In this document: piece by piece, positions 13,812 through 27,900 of the stretch
How positions within the stretch are numbered: position 1 is the stretch's first letter
How the letters are laid out: every line of letters starts with the position of its first letter
NCBI GenBank assembly: GCA_951406725.2
Contig: OX597827.1
Coordinates: 7,998,001 to 8,062,000 of the forward strand
DNA from: Octopus vulgaris
Taxonomy: Eukaryota
Direction: 5' to 3'
Length of the DNA: 64,000 nucleotides
Position numbers and translations under genes: made by a program
Notes under the pieces: generated by a model
Database searches by the model: none
What the model was told of the DNA's origin: nothing
The model's input: only the letters and a program-made list of their open reading frames with translations

Positions 13812-14799
13812 ATATAAAAAAATATATTCAAAGGGAATAATTAATAAATTTTTCCCTTATGAGGTTTTTTCACACTAACTACTTGATAAATTCCTATAAA
13901 GATTTTATCCTATTTTTAAATAAATATATATATATATATACATACTATATATATATGTATGTATGTATGTATACAGATTAGTAAAGTTACAAAATTAATT
14001 GGTATTAATGAAATATTAGACATCATGAGTGAAAAGATGCTATTAGAATAGATTATCTACTGAAAACTAAGAAACATATTGACTGCTATAATGTGAAAGT
14101 ACTGGACTACTGACCACATGGTTAAACTGCCAAGCCTTGTTATAGTTACTGTATTATGCCTTTGGACAAGGTACCCCGTGCTTGTCTATGTTTACTGATA
14201 TTGAAAACAAAACCTGTAAGATGTCACCAAGGAGCTGTCACAGGATGAGACAACCTGCTAGAAACAGCAGCCAAATTCCCTTTAAATTACAGCAGACTAC
14301 TTTGTAAAGTGTGGGATCTCAAGGGACAATGTAGACCTAGATGTCCAATGTCTGAGTAAAGGATGGGATATTAATAGCTCAAATCCCTTTGATACTAAGT
14401 CTACTCTGTCAGGTCTGGCTGGAGCTAAACTATCACAGGATCTGTATCCATTTTTATTGCTGAATATTCTGTTATAGGAAGGGCATCTGGCAGAAAAAAT
14501 ATTCATTGTGGCTGGATGTAAATCATTGAAATTTGATAAAATGCATCCCATGCTTGCTACCATATAAGAAAGTATTAAAAAAAAACACAATAAAAGTAAA
14601 TAATCAATAAAAATCAATAAGGAGGTTAATGACTTAAAGGCCTGAATGGTTAAGAAGTTTTAATTAAGCAATTTAACTATGTTATAAAATCATTATTTAT
14701 TTACTCAGAAATATTTGTTAAATCATGTTTAATAAAATGCTAACAAAGACCAATTTGGTGTTTTAAAATCTCAATACATATTCAGTTGAATGGACTCAC

Positions 14800-14910
14800 C
14801 TTTTAATAAGCTAGCAATAGGTTTTAACTATGTATAAACTATCATTCACCGACTGGACTTAACTTCATAGTCAGCAAATATTAGTGTAGTAAGGACCCAT
14901 AATCCAAATG
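14800..14910 (-). other. Candidate non-coding exon (alternative acceptor at 14928)
   Basis: Perfect donor AAG|GTGAGT (14799-14794); acceptor ctcttttctgtAG; only short ORFs inside. Confidence 0.45.
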
Positions 14911-15503
14911 CTACAGAAAAGAGGCTCTCTATAAAAGTTATTTGATGTGTTTCCAAGAAATAAAATTAAGACTTATTTTGTTCAGACAAGAGCAGGTGAC
15001 AGTTTTACCACAAACATATTTTACCACAAACTATGAATGACTGTCAAAATTTTACAGTGAATTCTATAAAAAGGCATATATAGCAAAACATATTCTATAA
15101 ATCAATGAAATTATAAGTTATAATGTATTTTAAAATAAGGCCTAGAATTAAAAAAAAAAAAAAGGAAACTGGTAAGCTACCAACTGGACATATTTCATTC
15201 TTAAACTAAGCTTTGAATTAATTCTAAACAGTGTTTTTTTTTTTTAGTGCGATAAATATAGTTGAGAACAGTGAGCCACAACAAAGAAGTCATGACTCTC
15301 CCAGGAATCAAGAGACAAAGGGAAAAATTGGAAAAAAATTTTTTTCTTCTTCCTCTCTTTTTGTAGACTTTCTCAAATTACCAAATGATCTATAATATGG
15401 AGAGACATGAGACATGAATAAGATAAATTTTGATTGAAGAACCGTTACCTAACTGATTATGAAGATAATGTATAATAGGCTGTACTAACAATAATGATAG
15501 CAG

Positions 15504-15543
<40 letters not shown>

Positions 15544-15615
15544 AATGAAAGAAATACTAAGCTATTGTGTATATACCTATAATTATATTATCTCACACAC
15601 TCTCTCTCTGTCTCT

Positions 15616-15658
<43 letters not shown>

Positions 15659-15829
15659 TACACACACACACACACACACACATACACACACACACACATC
15701 AGGTCCCTGGAACTGCTTCTGATTGTAACAATATTGTAAGTACCAGTATTAACTTATGCATAAAAGATAAAATGAACATATACACACATATACATAGATG
15801 TATACACATACATACATGTATGAGTGTAT

Positions 15830-15868
<39 letters not shown>

Positions 15869-16485
15869 CACACACACATACATACATACATGTATATGAA
15901 ACTTGAATTCTCAAAAAGGAAAAAGAGGGTGGGTATGGAATTTTTTAAAATATGGTTATAAACTTAAATCTTCAAACAATCTTTTCAAGATTTTTTTAAG
16001 GATCTGTTATTTCAAATGCTATTTCACAAAGTGAAACTAGTCAGTAAATTTATCCATATCAAACCATAACTGAGATAGTCTTATCAAAAGGTAAGTACAA
16101 GCAATTTTCCTTCAATGAGAGATAAATTTTATATATTTATTAAAAAATATATTTTTATACAAATTTATTCACATCTGTCATCATGTTTACTATGGATGTA
16201 AGACTGATTAGAATTCAAATGATTAGAGAAAATAACCAAAATATGTTAGAGTTTCTGATTAATTCCAGGAGACAGTATATATGTTAGAGTACATTTAGAC
16301 ATCATTTATATTGTGCACTGTAAATTTCTATAACCAGTTCTACAGTATGGCAGACATACAAACATCTATACTATGTTGGTTGTGACCTATTAAATATATT
16401 TTATTCGATTCTTTACATTCATAATAGCTTAAATGTAAAAGTATTCTTTCGGAAAAAAAAAACAAAAAAACAAGCAACTACTTAC

Positions 16486-16696
16486 TTGTGCCAGAAAATC
16501 CACTCTACTTTGTTGTTACACGAGATGTGTATCCAGCCGTACTGTTGTACGACGGCTACTGCTGCTGTTGTGTGGCGGCAGCATCATGTGGTTTTGGTCT
16601 GCGTTGTGTGTATGTAATGTCTGCTGCTGCTAATGACAAGCTGATTATATGTTGCGTGGAATGGACACGATATTCACAATTCTGGCTCGGAAGATT
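16486..16696 (-). other. Candidate exon (211 nt), probably 5' UTR or lncRNA, with a 23-codon uORF
   Basis: Acceptor tcaccttatattAG, donor aa|GTAAGT; a GC- and CpG-richer island in repeat-poor AT-rich flanks; stops in all three minus frames. Confidence 0.6.
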
Positions 16697-17304
16697 CTAA
16701 TATAAGGTGAATATTTTTTTTTTTATTTTATTTTGTTTTATTTCTTTTTTTTTTTTTTAACATTTCATTCACATGCTAATATAGAATGTACCACTACATG
16801 GCACTTTTCTTTTTTCTTTTACATTTTAGTTTAATCATATATTTTTTTTTGCCTATCTAAGGGAAAATATGTTTGTTTCAATAGATGTGGTCAGTGTTGT
16901 ACAATTTGCATTAGAGAGAGTATGTATTGTTTGTTTCAACAGAGTATTTTATCTTCCATATACTACATCAACCTACAGCTATCAACATATTGCTTTCCAA
17001 AGCTATTCTTAAGAACTACAAAATATGAACAAGATATGCTTATCAGTACAGTCTGGCAACTAACAGAAGTTTATTGATACCTTCAGAAGGTGTCATTGAT
17101 TTTTCATCATTCACTCAAACTTTGCTACTCTTATCTGTCATACTCTTCTCATCTACAATTTGTTCAGTGATTTACTCTGATTTTTGAAAATTGTTTCCTA
17201 AACTCACTTCTAAACACCACCCAAAAAAAAAAAAAAAAAAAATTCAAAGTAAAATTTTCAAGTGCAAATATGTTTGTAACTGTCTATATTAAAGTGAACA
17301 AGAG

Positions 17305-17745
<441 letters not shown>

Positions 17746-18180
17746 GTGTACTTAGACCCACTGTCACAAGGAAATTAAAAATTCACATCAGATATTCTAC
17801 AGTAATAAATTCAATAAAAAATGGAGATTTAATTTGACAAAATCAGCACATATCGTCGAAAGCAGCTGCATAGATAAGAATATTACCAAACATATGAGTA
17901 TGTACTGAAGTCAAAATCACAAAAAGACAAAAATATATCAACCCTTCCTTGCTAGATCTTTGTCATGGCTGTTTACCTAACATCAGTACCTGTACTGTGT
18001 TAATCAAAACTTTACTAAGATTTGATTTCACACCTAATTATGTCCTAATGAATTTTTAAATTTGGAGTTTATTCATAAAAATATGCACCCATAAAGAAAA
18101 AAATGCACAGACACATACACACATATATACATGTATACCTACACATACATATAATTATACACATACACACACACAGATAA

Positions 18181-18215
<35 letters not shown>

Positions 18216-18497
18216 TACATAAGCATATGTATCTATAGCAATATTTCTGTCTGTCTGTCTGTATATCTGCCTGACTGACTGTCTGTCTGCCTACCTATCT
18301 GCTAACCGTCACCTGTTTCCAAGCGAGACAGCATTTCCTATGGCCAGACATTATATCCCAGAAGATTGGACACAAATGTCACCCATCTACAATACGCAAT
18401 GTCTAGACAAGGAAACCCAAATACACATGCTTTACATGAAACATTCACATGTGTAACACATACCCATAAACACACAAATATATATATGTACATACAT

Positions 18498-18626
<129 letters not shown>

Positions 18627-18940
18627 TATATAGATATACATATATATATATATACACATACACACACACATATATATATTATTATATATGCATATATATG
18701 CTTACATTTATACTTGCATACTTACACATAAACATGCGCATGCACACATACACACATATAATATATTTATACATGTATGGTTATGGGGCAAAGAAGTTAG
18801 TTTTGCTACCATATGGTTTTGGGTTCAGTCCCACTGTGTAGCACCTTGGGGCAAGTGTCCCCCGTTATATCTCAGGGCCAACCAAAGTCTTGCAATTGAA
18901 TCTGGTTGACTGAAACTGTGCAAAAGCCCAACAAACATAT

Positions 18941-19002
<62 letters not shown>

Positions 19003-20467
19003 CATATATATATATATATATAAAAAAATTAAATAATAAGGGCAGAAATTGATATTAATCAATTAAAACCAGTGGCTTGGCATATTTAAAAAATCCGAGG
19101 ATTAAAAATTGTGTTACATACAAAATTAAGAGGAATGACCACTTGTCTTGCGCATTTTTACATTTTGGCGTTTTGCTGAGATTTTTCTTGAGAACACACT
19201 CTTGAAGGTAATGGTGATTTGACGTCTATGTTTAGCATATTAGGTATCCACCTTAGTGGTCATTCCCCTCAATTTTGTATATATATATATATATATACAT
19301 ATATATACACATGTGTGTACAAATTATTATGTATGGGCATCTTTTTGTGAGCATCTTTTATGTTTGATTTATCACTTAGCACTTGACAACTGTATTAGTT
19401 TGTTTACCTACCAACAATGCTGCAGGCTAGCAATACAAATCCATAGACTAAGTAACAGATTCAAAATAAGTACTGGGATCTATTTGATTTCCTAAAACAC
19501 TTCAGGAGTTTTAGATGATCAAATGTTTGAATTTTAAGCAGTATGCTTAGTTATATATATACTTCCATTACTGTTACAGTTTCACCATTGTGATTTATCT
19601 AAATGGTAGCATAAGTAATTTCTCATGGTTACAATGTATAAGTAATGGTGGGACAAGGATAGCCAACTTAATATAGTGTTTTATACACAATCATTCATAT
19701 TACAACAATACTGAGGGCTCTCTGAGGTTTTGCTATGTTATCACACATGAGTAAGCATTGTTATATATATACATGCATTTCTGGCATTCTGTTGGTTATG
19801 ATGATGAGTGTTCTAGTTGATCCAGCCAATGAAACAGGTTGCTTGTGAAATCAATGTGCCAGTAGCTGAGCACTCCAGAGTAGCATGCACCCTTAATGCA
19901 GATCTCAGGGATGTTTGGTGTGAGAGAGAATGTGACAAGGCTGGCCCTTTGAAATATAAGTACTACTCGAATTTGGCAGCTGAGGGAACTGGAACAACGT
20001 GAGATAAAATGTTTTGCTCAGGGACTCAACATGCTGCCAGGTATTGAACTCATTATCTTATGATTATGAGTTGAATACCCCAACCACTAAACCACTCGCC
20101 TCCATTTTATGCATACATACATACATACATACATACATACATACAAACATGCATGCTTACATACATACATACATACATGCATGCATGCATACATACATGC
20201 ATACATACATACATACATACATACATACATACATACATACATACATACATACATGCATGCATGCATACATACATACATACATGCATGTATACATACATAC
20301 ATACATACATACATAAATACATATATACATACATACATACATACTTATATATGTCCATATGCCTGGTTCATGCTGTAAAGTGGTTGGCATTAAGAAGAGC
20401 ATCCAGCTATAGAAACAATGCCAAGCAGACACTGAGGCACAATGTAGTCTTTTTATCATATATATAC

Positions 20468-20510
<43 letters not shown>

Positions 20511-21236
20511 TGAATAATGATGATGAGCAATGATGCTGATTGTAATAATGAGAAAAACTCTAGTTGTGAAGAAGCCGGATGTTGATGCAGTTGAGGTTGT
20601 GACATGTGTGTATCATCAGCATCACCGTTGCCAGCGCCATCTCTGTCTTCATTGTCTACTTCATTGCCACATGACTATATGGCCATTGCTGGTGCCATGA
20701 CCACTGCATTCATTCACTACTACCATTATGAATAGGTTATTTCTATCTTTTCCCCCTGACACAACTTTGTCCCTCCTATTTCAGCTGTCTTCCAGCCTAT
20801 CTATCTATATCTATATATATATATTTTTCTGTCTAATTATCTGTATAGAGGAAACTTCTTCCTTTAGTCCCAGATATGCCATTAGGTGAAACAAAATGTA
20901 TCTTGTCGTACTTAGTGTTTTTGCTTAAACATATTGACACTGACTGTTTCCTCTTGAGTTCTTTGTTCTAAGTGGCCTATATTCTTAAAGACTGGCAACT
21001 CTAGAACTATAGAAACTTTGAGGGATTAGTAGAAGATGAAGAAGATAGAAACTATGAATAGTAGTGTGTAAATATTGGTTTAAAATCCCCTTGGATGGAA
21101 AAAGTTAGGACTCAAACCCACATCTTCGGTAAACAAAGCAGATTTTCTACCATTGTACCAAAGCAATTCTTTGACTTTCTCCATCCATTCCATGTATGCA
21201 AGTGTGTGTGAGGGTCATGTGTGTATGTGTGTGTGC

Positions 21237-21270
<34 letters not shown>

Positions 21271-21273
<3 letters not shown>

Positions 21274-21544
21274 CGTGACCGACCAGGCTATCAGATGTTG
21301 TTACACATCGCTGGTCACAATGCGCTTCGCATTGTTTTAAGCGAGCAGGCCAACAGAAGAAAGAGTGAGAGAAAGTTGTGGCGAAAGAGTACAGGAGGGA
21401 TCGCCACCCCACCCCCCTGCCAGAGCCTTGTGGAGCTTTTAGGTGTTTCCGCTCAATAAACACTCACAACGCTCGGCCTGGGAATCGAAACTGCGATCCT
21501 ACAACCGCGATTTCGCTGCCCTAACCACTGGGCCATTGCGCCTC

Positions 21545-21547
<3 letters not shown>
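21271..21547 (-). mobile_element. SINE family C, tail type 3
   Basis: Head ...ccctaaccactgggccattgcgcctccac is shared with other C copies; distinct 3' part caccgtgaccgaccaggctatcagatgttg. Confidence 0.85.
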
Positions 21548-21595
<48 letters not shown>

Positions 21596-21599
21596 TTCT

Positions 21600-22942
21600 A
21601 AAGAACAACTACATCATAGAAGAGCCCTTTAATTACCATAGAAAGTTGTTAAAATCACTTAAAATTAAAATTTATTTCATTTGATGTCAAAATTTTTGTT
21701 ATACAACTGTTATCTGGTCACTGACACAGTTCTAGCACAACTACTTGAAAAGCCTGTCATTGTCCAGATTTTTATAGGCTTAAGGTTTTTTTTATTTTAT
21801 TCTTTACTTTGTTTCTCTTTTTCCTATTGTGTTGAGAAATAGAAATGTCTGTTGTGCTCATGTAAATTACCTTTGAGTTGTTAGTCTTGAACTCTGGTCA
21901 ACCATCAGTTTCTTTTCAATTTACCTTTTTGACACTGGTCACTGTTAGTGCTATCTTAAGGGTTTGGTGCACAGTGCAATTGCCTGGGGGGGAGGGCTCG
22001 CAGATCTAGGGGCCCAATTCTGATCTGTGTATACTGTGACTTACTGTCAATAAATAAACACTATAGGGTCCAGTGCAGTGATTTGATCAGGGGGTGCAAT
22101 TGTTTGGGAGCCTCACAGATCTAGGGGCCCAATTCTGATCTGTGTATACTGTGGCTTACTGTCAATAAATAAACACTATAGGGTCCAGTGCAGTGATTTG
22201 ATCAGGGGCCTACAATGCTGTAAAAACAGCCCTGGTCACCAGTTTCTTTCAGATATATAGTTTATATTGTTTGTCAACATAATATCAATCACTGCTTCAC
22301 TTTGAAATTTAATTACTCTACAAAACTGATTTCAAAAGCTTAAACAATGACCAACCACTGACTGAGATTATGGGGTTGCAAAAAAGTGAAAACTGGAAAG
22401 GGCTTAATGATGATCAACTGTGAGTAATGTCATGGGTGTCAAAGTTAATCTACATGACTACAACAAACATCTCTGTCTCTAAACTCAAAAGGAAAGAGAA
22501 AGTAAAATAAAGATTTTTTAAATAAAAAAAAAAGCAAGGAAAAAGAATTCTTTAGGACTATAAGAACCAGCTAGTAAAAGACTTCTCAAGTAGCTGCAAT
22601 GGAACTGTGTCAGTGACCAGGTTACAAACATGTGATAAAAGTTTTAACACTCCTATGAAATAAATTTGAACTTAACCCTTTAGAATTCAGATTACTCTAT
22701 AAAATGTAATGCTTATTTATTCACAATGTTTTGAATTTATCATGTATTTGAAATTTTGATGATGTAATAGTTTGTTTTTATAATGACAGTGTAGGATAGG
22801 TGTGAGAGGCCAAATCTGGCCAGTTTGAACATAAATCAGGTCAAATATTTAAGCCAGATATTGCTGGCTTGAATGCTAATGGGTTACAGAAAATTACAGT
22901 TTTGTGTTATTAAATTGACTTTGCCATGGTGCAGTGGCTTCA
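21600..22942. mobile_element. Old fold-back element with about 330-bp degenerate arms, hosting a hAT-like MITE and a piggyBac MITE-1
   Basis: ctggtcactgacacagttc (21714-21732) mirrors gaactgtgtcagtgaccag (22602-22620); tttatttcat mirrors atgaaataaa; 21842-21875 mirrors 22440-22475. Confidence 0.7.
21946..22234. mobile_element. hAT-like MITE with an internal tandem duplication of about 115 bp
   Basis: cagatctaggggcccaattctgatctgtg...gatttgatcagggg occurs twice; right end aaacagccctg; flanks gtcactgt / gtcaccag resemble an 8-bp TSD. Confidence 0.6.
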
Positions 22943-24342
22943 ATTTCATGAATCTCTTTCCAGTCAAGTACAGCTCTAAAAGTTACAAAGAGCATTTGAC
23001 AAAAGTAAATGAAAAATAACAACAAAAATGAATCAGATGGGTGGATCCACTCACTTTTGTTCTTGCTTTCATTGGTAAATCGGTACAAAGTGATTGTCTG
23101 GAAAAATGGGTCTATATGTATTTGATGTTCAGGCCAGTCAGATCTGGCAGGGCATCCAGATGTAGAAACACTGCCAGATCTGACTGGCCTGGTGCAGCCT
23201 TCGGGCTTCCCAGACCCCAGTTGAACCGTCCAACCCATGATAGCATGGAAAGCGGATGTTAAACGACAATGATGATGTACTATCTCCTTCCCTTCAGTGT
23301 GAGCTAAAATCCAAACTCATCATGAAGTCTATAAGGAAGATGTGAAGTTAGATGTTTTTTCTCTAGTTCTATTATGCATATCTACAAAGCATAAAATACA
23401 GCATAATTAGGGACAAACCTATATTCCATTTGGACTTGATGGACAAAGCCGCAGAGACAAGATCTATGCAAAAACTTTGGAGAGATACTGTCTTTTTGAG
23501 GTGACAAATTGCATTTTGGGTGTAACAGTTGTGTACCATAATGGGATGGATGAATACACAGACTGGTAAATTGCAGAACAGACAAATGCAGAGAAATTTT
23601 CAGAGCAATTATCAGAGAGACGGGGGGGGGGAGAGAACGAGACCAAAATAAAACGAGCACGAAAAAAGCGGCTCAAAGACAATGAAAAAGAGGAGCAAAT
23701 GGAAAACCAATTAAGAACGATGTCTAAAGATTCCTGATATTCTTGTGAGAATAAGGTGTGGCTATACTCTAAGCCAATATCTGTCATCAAGCCTAGAACT
23801 ACTTTAACTTTTGTTATTTATAAATTTATGACTTAACTTGCCAATACAGAACGGCAACACATGAGCCACAAAACAGCAATTATGCACGATTATGCAAGAT
23901 ATACTAATACTTTAACAAGGCAGAATGACTATGTGCAGTATTTTAGTTTCAAGTAACATACTGAACTTATACAGAAACCCTGGGCTTAACCAGATACTTT
24001 TTTTAAAAGTCATAAAACTCATAAGGCCATTTGCCCAATTTGCGTGGTATATAAGTGATTGAGATCATGATAATCATCTGAATGGTATGTCAGTCCATTG
24101 CACAGTTCAAAGCCAGTAATTTTGAGGACAAGGGACAAGTTGATTACATTGATTCCAGTACTTGAATTGTACTCTATATTATCAATGCTGAAAGGATGAA
24201 AGACATAGTTGATGCTGGCAGGATTTGAACCCAGAACATAAAAAGTTGAAAAAAATACTAGTAAGCATTTTGTCTGATGTGCTAATGATTCTGCCAGCTC
24301 ACCAACATTAACCAGATATACTAATGCTATAAACCTCTGGAG

Positions 24343-24666
24343 GGAGGCGCAATGGCCCAGTGGTTAGGGCAGCGGACTTGCGGTCGGAGGATCGTGATTT
24401 CAATCCCCAGACCGGGCGTTGTGTGTGTTTATTGAGCAAAAACACCTAAAAGCTCCACAAAGCTCCGGCAAGGGGTGGTGGCAACCCCTGTTGTACTCTT
24501 TTGCCACAACTTTCTCTTTCACTCTCTCTCTCTTCCAGTTTCTTGAGTAACGCTGTGATGGACTGGCGTCCCGTCCAGCTGGGGGGAACACATACACCAC
24601 AGAAACCGGGAAATCGGGCCCATGAGCCTGGCTAGGCTTGAAAAGGGTGACGTTTATTGTTTCGTT
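24343..24666 (+). mobile_element. SINE family C, tail type 2 variant
   Basis: Head ggaggcgcaatggcccagtggttagggcagcgg; 15-bp TSD tataaa(c/t)ctctggag at 24328-24342 and 24667-24681. Confidence 0.88.
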
Positions 24667-24991
24667 TATAAATCTCTGGAGTGGGAAAGAAAATTCCATT
24701 AGGATATAAAATCTGATTTTAAATTACTACATAAAGAACTGGACATGTAGAAGTACATATTTAGTTTTCTCAAACAGCAAAGATACCTCACCTCCCAATT
24801 TACTAATGTATTGATAACAAAAAAAAAAAAAAAGACAAACTTATCTGATGAAGGATCATGAACCAAGAAGCATTTTTAGCATAATGGTAAAATATCCAGA
24901 CATAACTTTTAAACAGGCTGCAAGGTTTCCAATCAAAAATCATACTTAATGTAATATTTTCGATTGTCATTTTCTCCTTTTACTGTTAATC

Positions 24992-25155
24992 GATGAGATG
25001 GTGAAGATGCCGACGACCGCTTTGTTCAAAGCCTCCCTGGACCTCAAGTGGCCTGAACTCTTTACATGAACACCACCCTGTACATAACTCCATGTCCCCC
25101 TACATGGCCTTGCTTTTTGCTTTTTGAGCCAAAAATTAACTAACTAACTAACTAA
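24992..25155 (+). mobile_element. 5'-truncated CR1-type LINE 3' end
   Basis: Encodes DEMVKMPTTALFKASLDLKWPELFT*, like the CR1 ORF2 C-terminus (LP.EVV.A.SV..FK..LD..W), followed by a short UTR and a (CTAA)n tail. Confidence 0.7.
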
Positions 25156-25273
25156 TCACATGCAACTGAATAAATATACATCCACAGTCTAACCATGTTG
25201 TTTGAGATACACCTACATATTATATGATATATATATATATATATACACACACAAAACACACACTCATACACAC

Positions 25274-25315
<42 letters not shown>

Positions 25316-25319
25316 TAGG

Positions 25320-25652
25320 GTAAAGGCTCCCTTCGGTCATGAAAGACCATGGAATTGCACCTAGAAAGTTCCCCTCCAAGGCACAAGTCAGGGCAAGATT
25401 GTTTATGGAAGATCAGCAGTCTCCCATGCATGCCGGCCTCCCCTCTCCGCACCACCAGTGTTACCCAAGAGAAATGCAGATGCTGATTCAACTTGGCACC
25501 AATGACATCATCGCAACTCATTTCTACAGCTGAGTGAACTGGAACAACATGAAATAAAGTGTCTTGCTCAAGAACACAACTCACACCCCAGTCCAGGAAT
25601 TGAACTCACCACCTTATGATTGTGAGCCCAACACTCTAACCACTGATCCACA
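25320..25652 (-). mobile_element. SINE family D (tRNA-Lys-like head, OK-type)
   Basis: Shares caactcatttctacagctgagt, gtcttgctcaagaacacaac and ctctaaccactga with the copies at 29684 and 30848. Confidence 0.85.
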
Positions 25653-26053
25653 CACATACACACACACATACATGTATAATTCTCATGATGTCAACAACAA
25701 ACAATTCTTGCTATTAGGAATAAAGTTTCTAAAACAGATATAGAAATTCAAAGGATTGTTTTGGTCTGATGGTAGAAGGCCTGTCATGTTTACAAGAGTA
25801 GTGGATTCGAATTCCACGGGCAGCCTTCAATTTTTTCTTTCCAAAAGAGATAGAAATATTCACATACAATTGTTCATAGCTCTATTGGCTTCAAGATTCA
25901 CCACTCCTCCCAAAATTATATCATATTCTCTCCAAGTTTATAACAATCCTTGTGATGCTAACTATATATATATATTTATTTTCACAAGGAAAAGGCTGAT
26001 TGTAACTTCAAAGTTTTAGCTTCCATCTGCAGACTGTGATTTAGTTTGGTGTT

Positions 26054-26690
26054 TTAACCATTTAGTATTTAAACTGGACTTATCCAGCCAAAGTAATCTA
26101 CCTGTTTTATCTTCAAACTCGCGAGATCCAGTCTCTCACACTTACTCTACAATATTATTCTAAGACTAAACAATAACATCATTGAATTCTGAAAGCTACA
26201 AGGTAATGCGTGATTAATTTCAAACAATGTGAATAAAGGCGCAGGATTGGTTGTATGGTAAGTAGCTTGCTAACCAACCACATGGTTCTGGGTTCAGTCC
26301 CCCTGCGTGGCAACTTGGGCAAGTGTCTTCTGCTATAGCCCCGGGCCGACCAATGCCTTGTGAGTGGATTTGGTAGACGGAAACTGAAAGAAGCCTGTCG
26401 TATATATGTATGTGTGTGTGTGTTTGTGTGTTTGTGTTTGTCCCCCTAGCATTGCTTGACAACCGATGCTGGTGTGTTTACGTCCCCATCACTTAGCGTT
26501 TCGGCAAAAAAAACAGACCGATAGAATAAATACTGGGCTTACAAAGAATAAGTCCCGGGGTCAATTTGCTCGACTAAAGGCGGTGCTCCAGCATGGCCGC
26601 AGTCAAATGACTGAAACAAGTAAAAGAAAAAAAAGAAAGAAAAAAATAACTGTTAGATTTGACACAGAAATCTGAATGCTAACAGGTTAA
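26054..26690. mobile_element. piggyBac-type MITE-1 split by a SINE A insertion
   Basis: ttaaccatttag at left, gctaacaggttaa at right; internal sequence is the reverse complement of 7184-7405. Confidence 0.7.
26238..26640 (+). mobile_element. SINE family A, young full-length copy
   Basis: ggcgcagga...ggttcagtcc (tRNA-like head), ttgggcaagtgtctt, central (TA/TG)n, tail gactgaaacaagtaaaaga. Confidence 0.92.
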
Positions 26691-26883
26691 GCTTAATTTT
26701 TAGTATTTTTGGTGTGATTTGTAGAATTTGGTGAATGAAGCAATGTAGATGCAAAGTATAAATTGTGTGAATGAATTAACAAGGAAAACAAGTGTATTTG
26801 TAAGGGAATGGAGAAGAAGAGGAAGAAAGTATATGTTTGTAAGAGGATAGAAAAAAAATTATGGTAAACAGCATTTTCCTGGT

Positions 26884-27292
26884 TTAACCCTTTCGTTACC
26901 AACCCGGCTGAAACCGGCTCTGGCTCTGTAGTACAAATGTCACAATTTATGTTCCTAAGTCTAGCTTAATGATAACCAAGTTATTTTACTAAATACTTTG
27001 TTATATTTAACCCTTTAGTGTTCGCATTATTCTGCCAAAATTAATGCTTTTTTATACAAATTGTTTTGAGCTAATCATGGATTATCTCATAGCTTTGAGA
27101 TTTTGATGAGGTAGCTGTTAATTTTTAAAACAAAATTGTAGGGTTGGTGTGAGAGACCAGATCTGGCCAGTCTGACCATAAAACAGGCAGAATACTTTTG
27201 GCCGGATATGGCTGGTTTAAATGCTAAAGGGTTAAAATTAATTGAAAGAAACACAGAGCATCTCAACAGAAATATGGTAACAAAAGGGTTAA
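26884..27292. mobile_element. piggyBac-type MITE-2 with MITE-1 (27007-27235) nested at a TTAA site
   Basis: Outer TTAA-ccctttcgttacc / ggtaacaaaaggg-TTAA; inner TTAA-ccctttag / ctaaaggg-TTAA; the empty site is visible in the MITE-2 copy at about 44315. Confidence 0.88.
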
Positions 27293-27669
27293 GAAAGGAC
27301 ATTGTATTTGCTGAGTAACAAGTACTAAGTTGGTTACATTTAGTGTGAGGGGATAGCTGTTTGTTTAAATGTTATTGCTTAGGTTCAGTGAGCATATATG
27401 TAAAAGAAGGTACAAATGAAAGCACATGGCCCAGTGCTTGTAAGATTGTAAGTTACCAGCAGATATTCTGTCTTTGAGCAAGATACTTTATTTCATGTTA
27501 CTCCAGTCTACTCAGCTGATAAATGGTGGAGCTTTAAGCTCTCAAGGCTTCTTATCTGGGACTGGTGTTCTACATGAAGCATACAACATAAACCTTCAGC
27601 TTTTGTAGAGTTGAGGGCCCCACTGACAATTCTCTAATTGGGCTCCACACTTTTTAGCATCAGCCCTGC

Positions 27670-27900
27670 TTATATTGTCCATGTCTCTTATCCATACAAT
27701 TGAAATAATAATATGATAGCTCAATACACTGAGTGATGGCATTCTGCTTTTGTAGTCTATGAAAACTGAGCCTCTGTCTTGTATAAATGTGTTATTGTGA
27801 TTGTATAAATCTGTGATTAAGTAGTTTTCATCATTCTCACATGGTTTCAAGCCATAGAGAACCCTTCAATTGAATCCGGACATATTGGACCCTTCAGTAT
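27670..27900 (-). pseudogene. Highly decayed RTE-type LINE reverse transcriptase relic
   Basis: Minus strand reads LYG*ETWTI (cf. RTE LYGCETWT) and LITDLY upstream; frameshifted and deleted. Confidence 0.35.

Noticed and set aside
14850-14928. Peptide SLFSVAFGLWVLTTLIFADYEVKSS, loosely like the GPR89 N-terminus
   Set aside because: Weak similarity, no in-frame upstream exon or start, and no further matching exons.
16001-16090. Plus-strand AG...AAG|GTAAGT segment (another plus-strand donor at 46698)
   Set aside because: Stops in all frames and no supporting chain of plus-strand exons.
16976-16996. Resemblance to miR-31 on the minus strand (aagcaatatgttgatagctg)
   Set aside because: Seed mismatches, a 2-nt gap and no precursor hairpin.
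17043-17111. Possible C/D-box snoRNA on the minus strand (ATGATGA...CTGA...CTGA)
   Set aside because: No terminal stem, no clear C' box, and at best about 9 nt of rRNA complementarity from memory; snoscan would be needed.
21976-22208. Direct repeats considered as CRISPR-like
   Set aside because: Two long tandem copies without unique spacers in eukaryotic DNA; no CRISPR array is present in the window.
24845-24874. ctgatga...gaagc, a possible second hammerhead
   Set aside because: GAAA core and stems are not intact.
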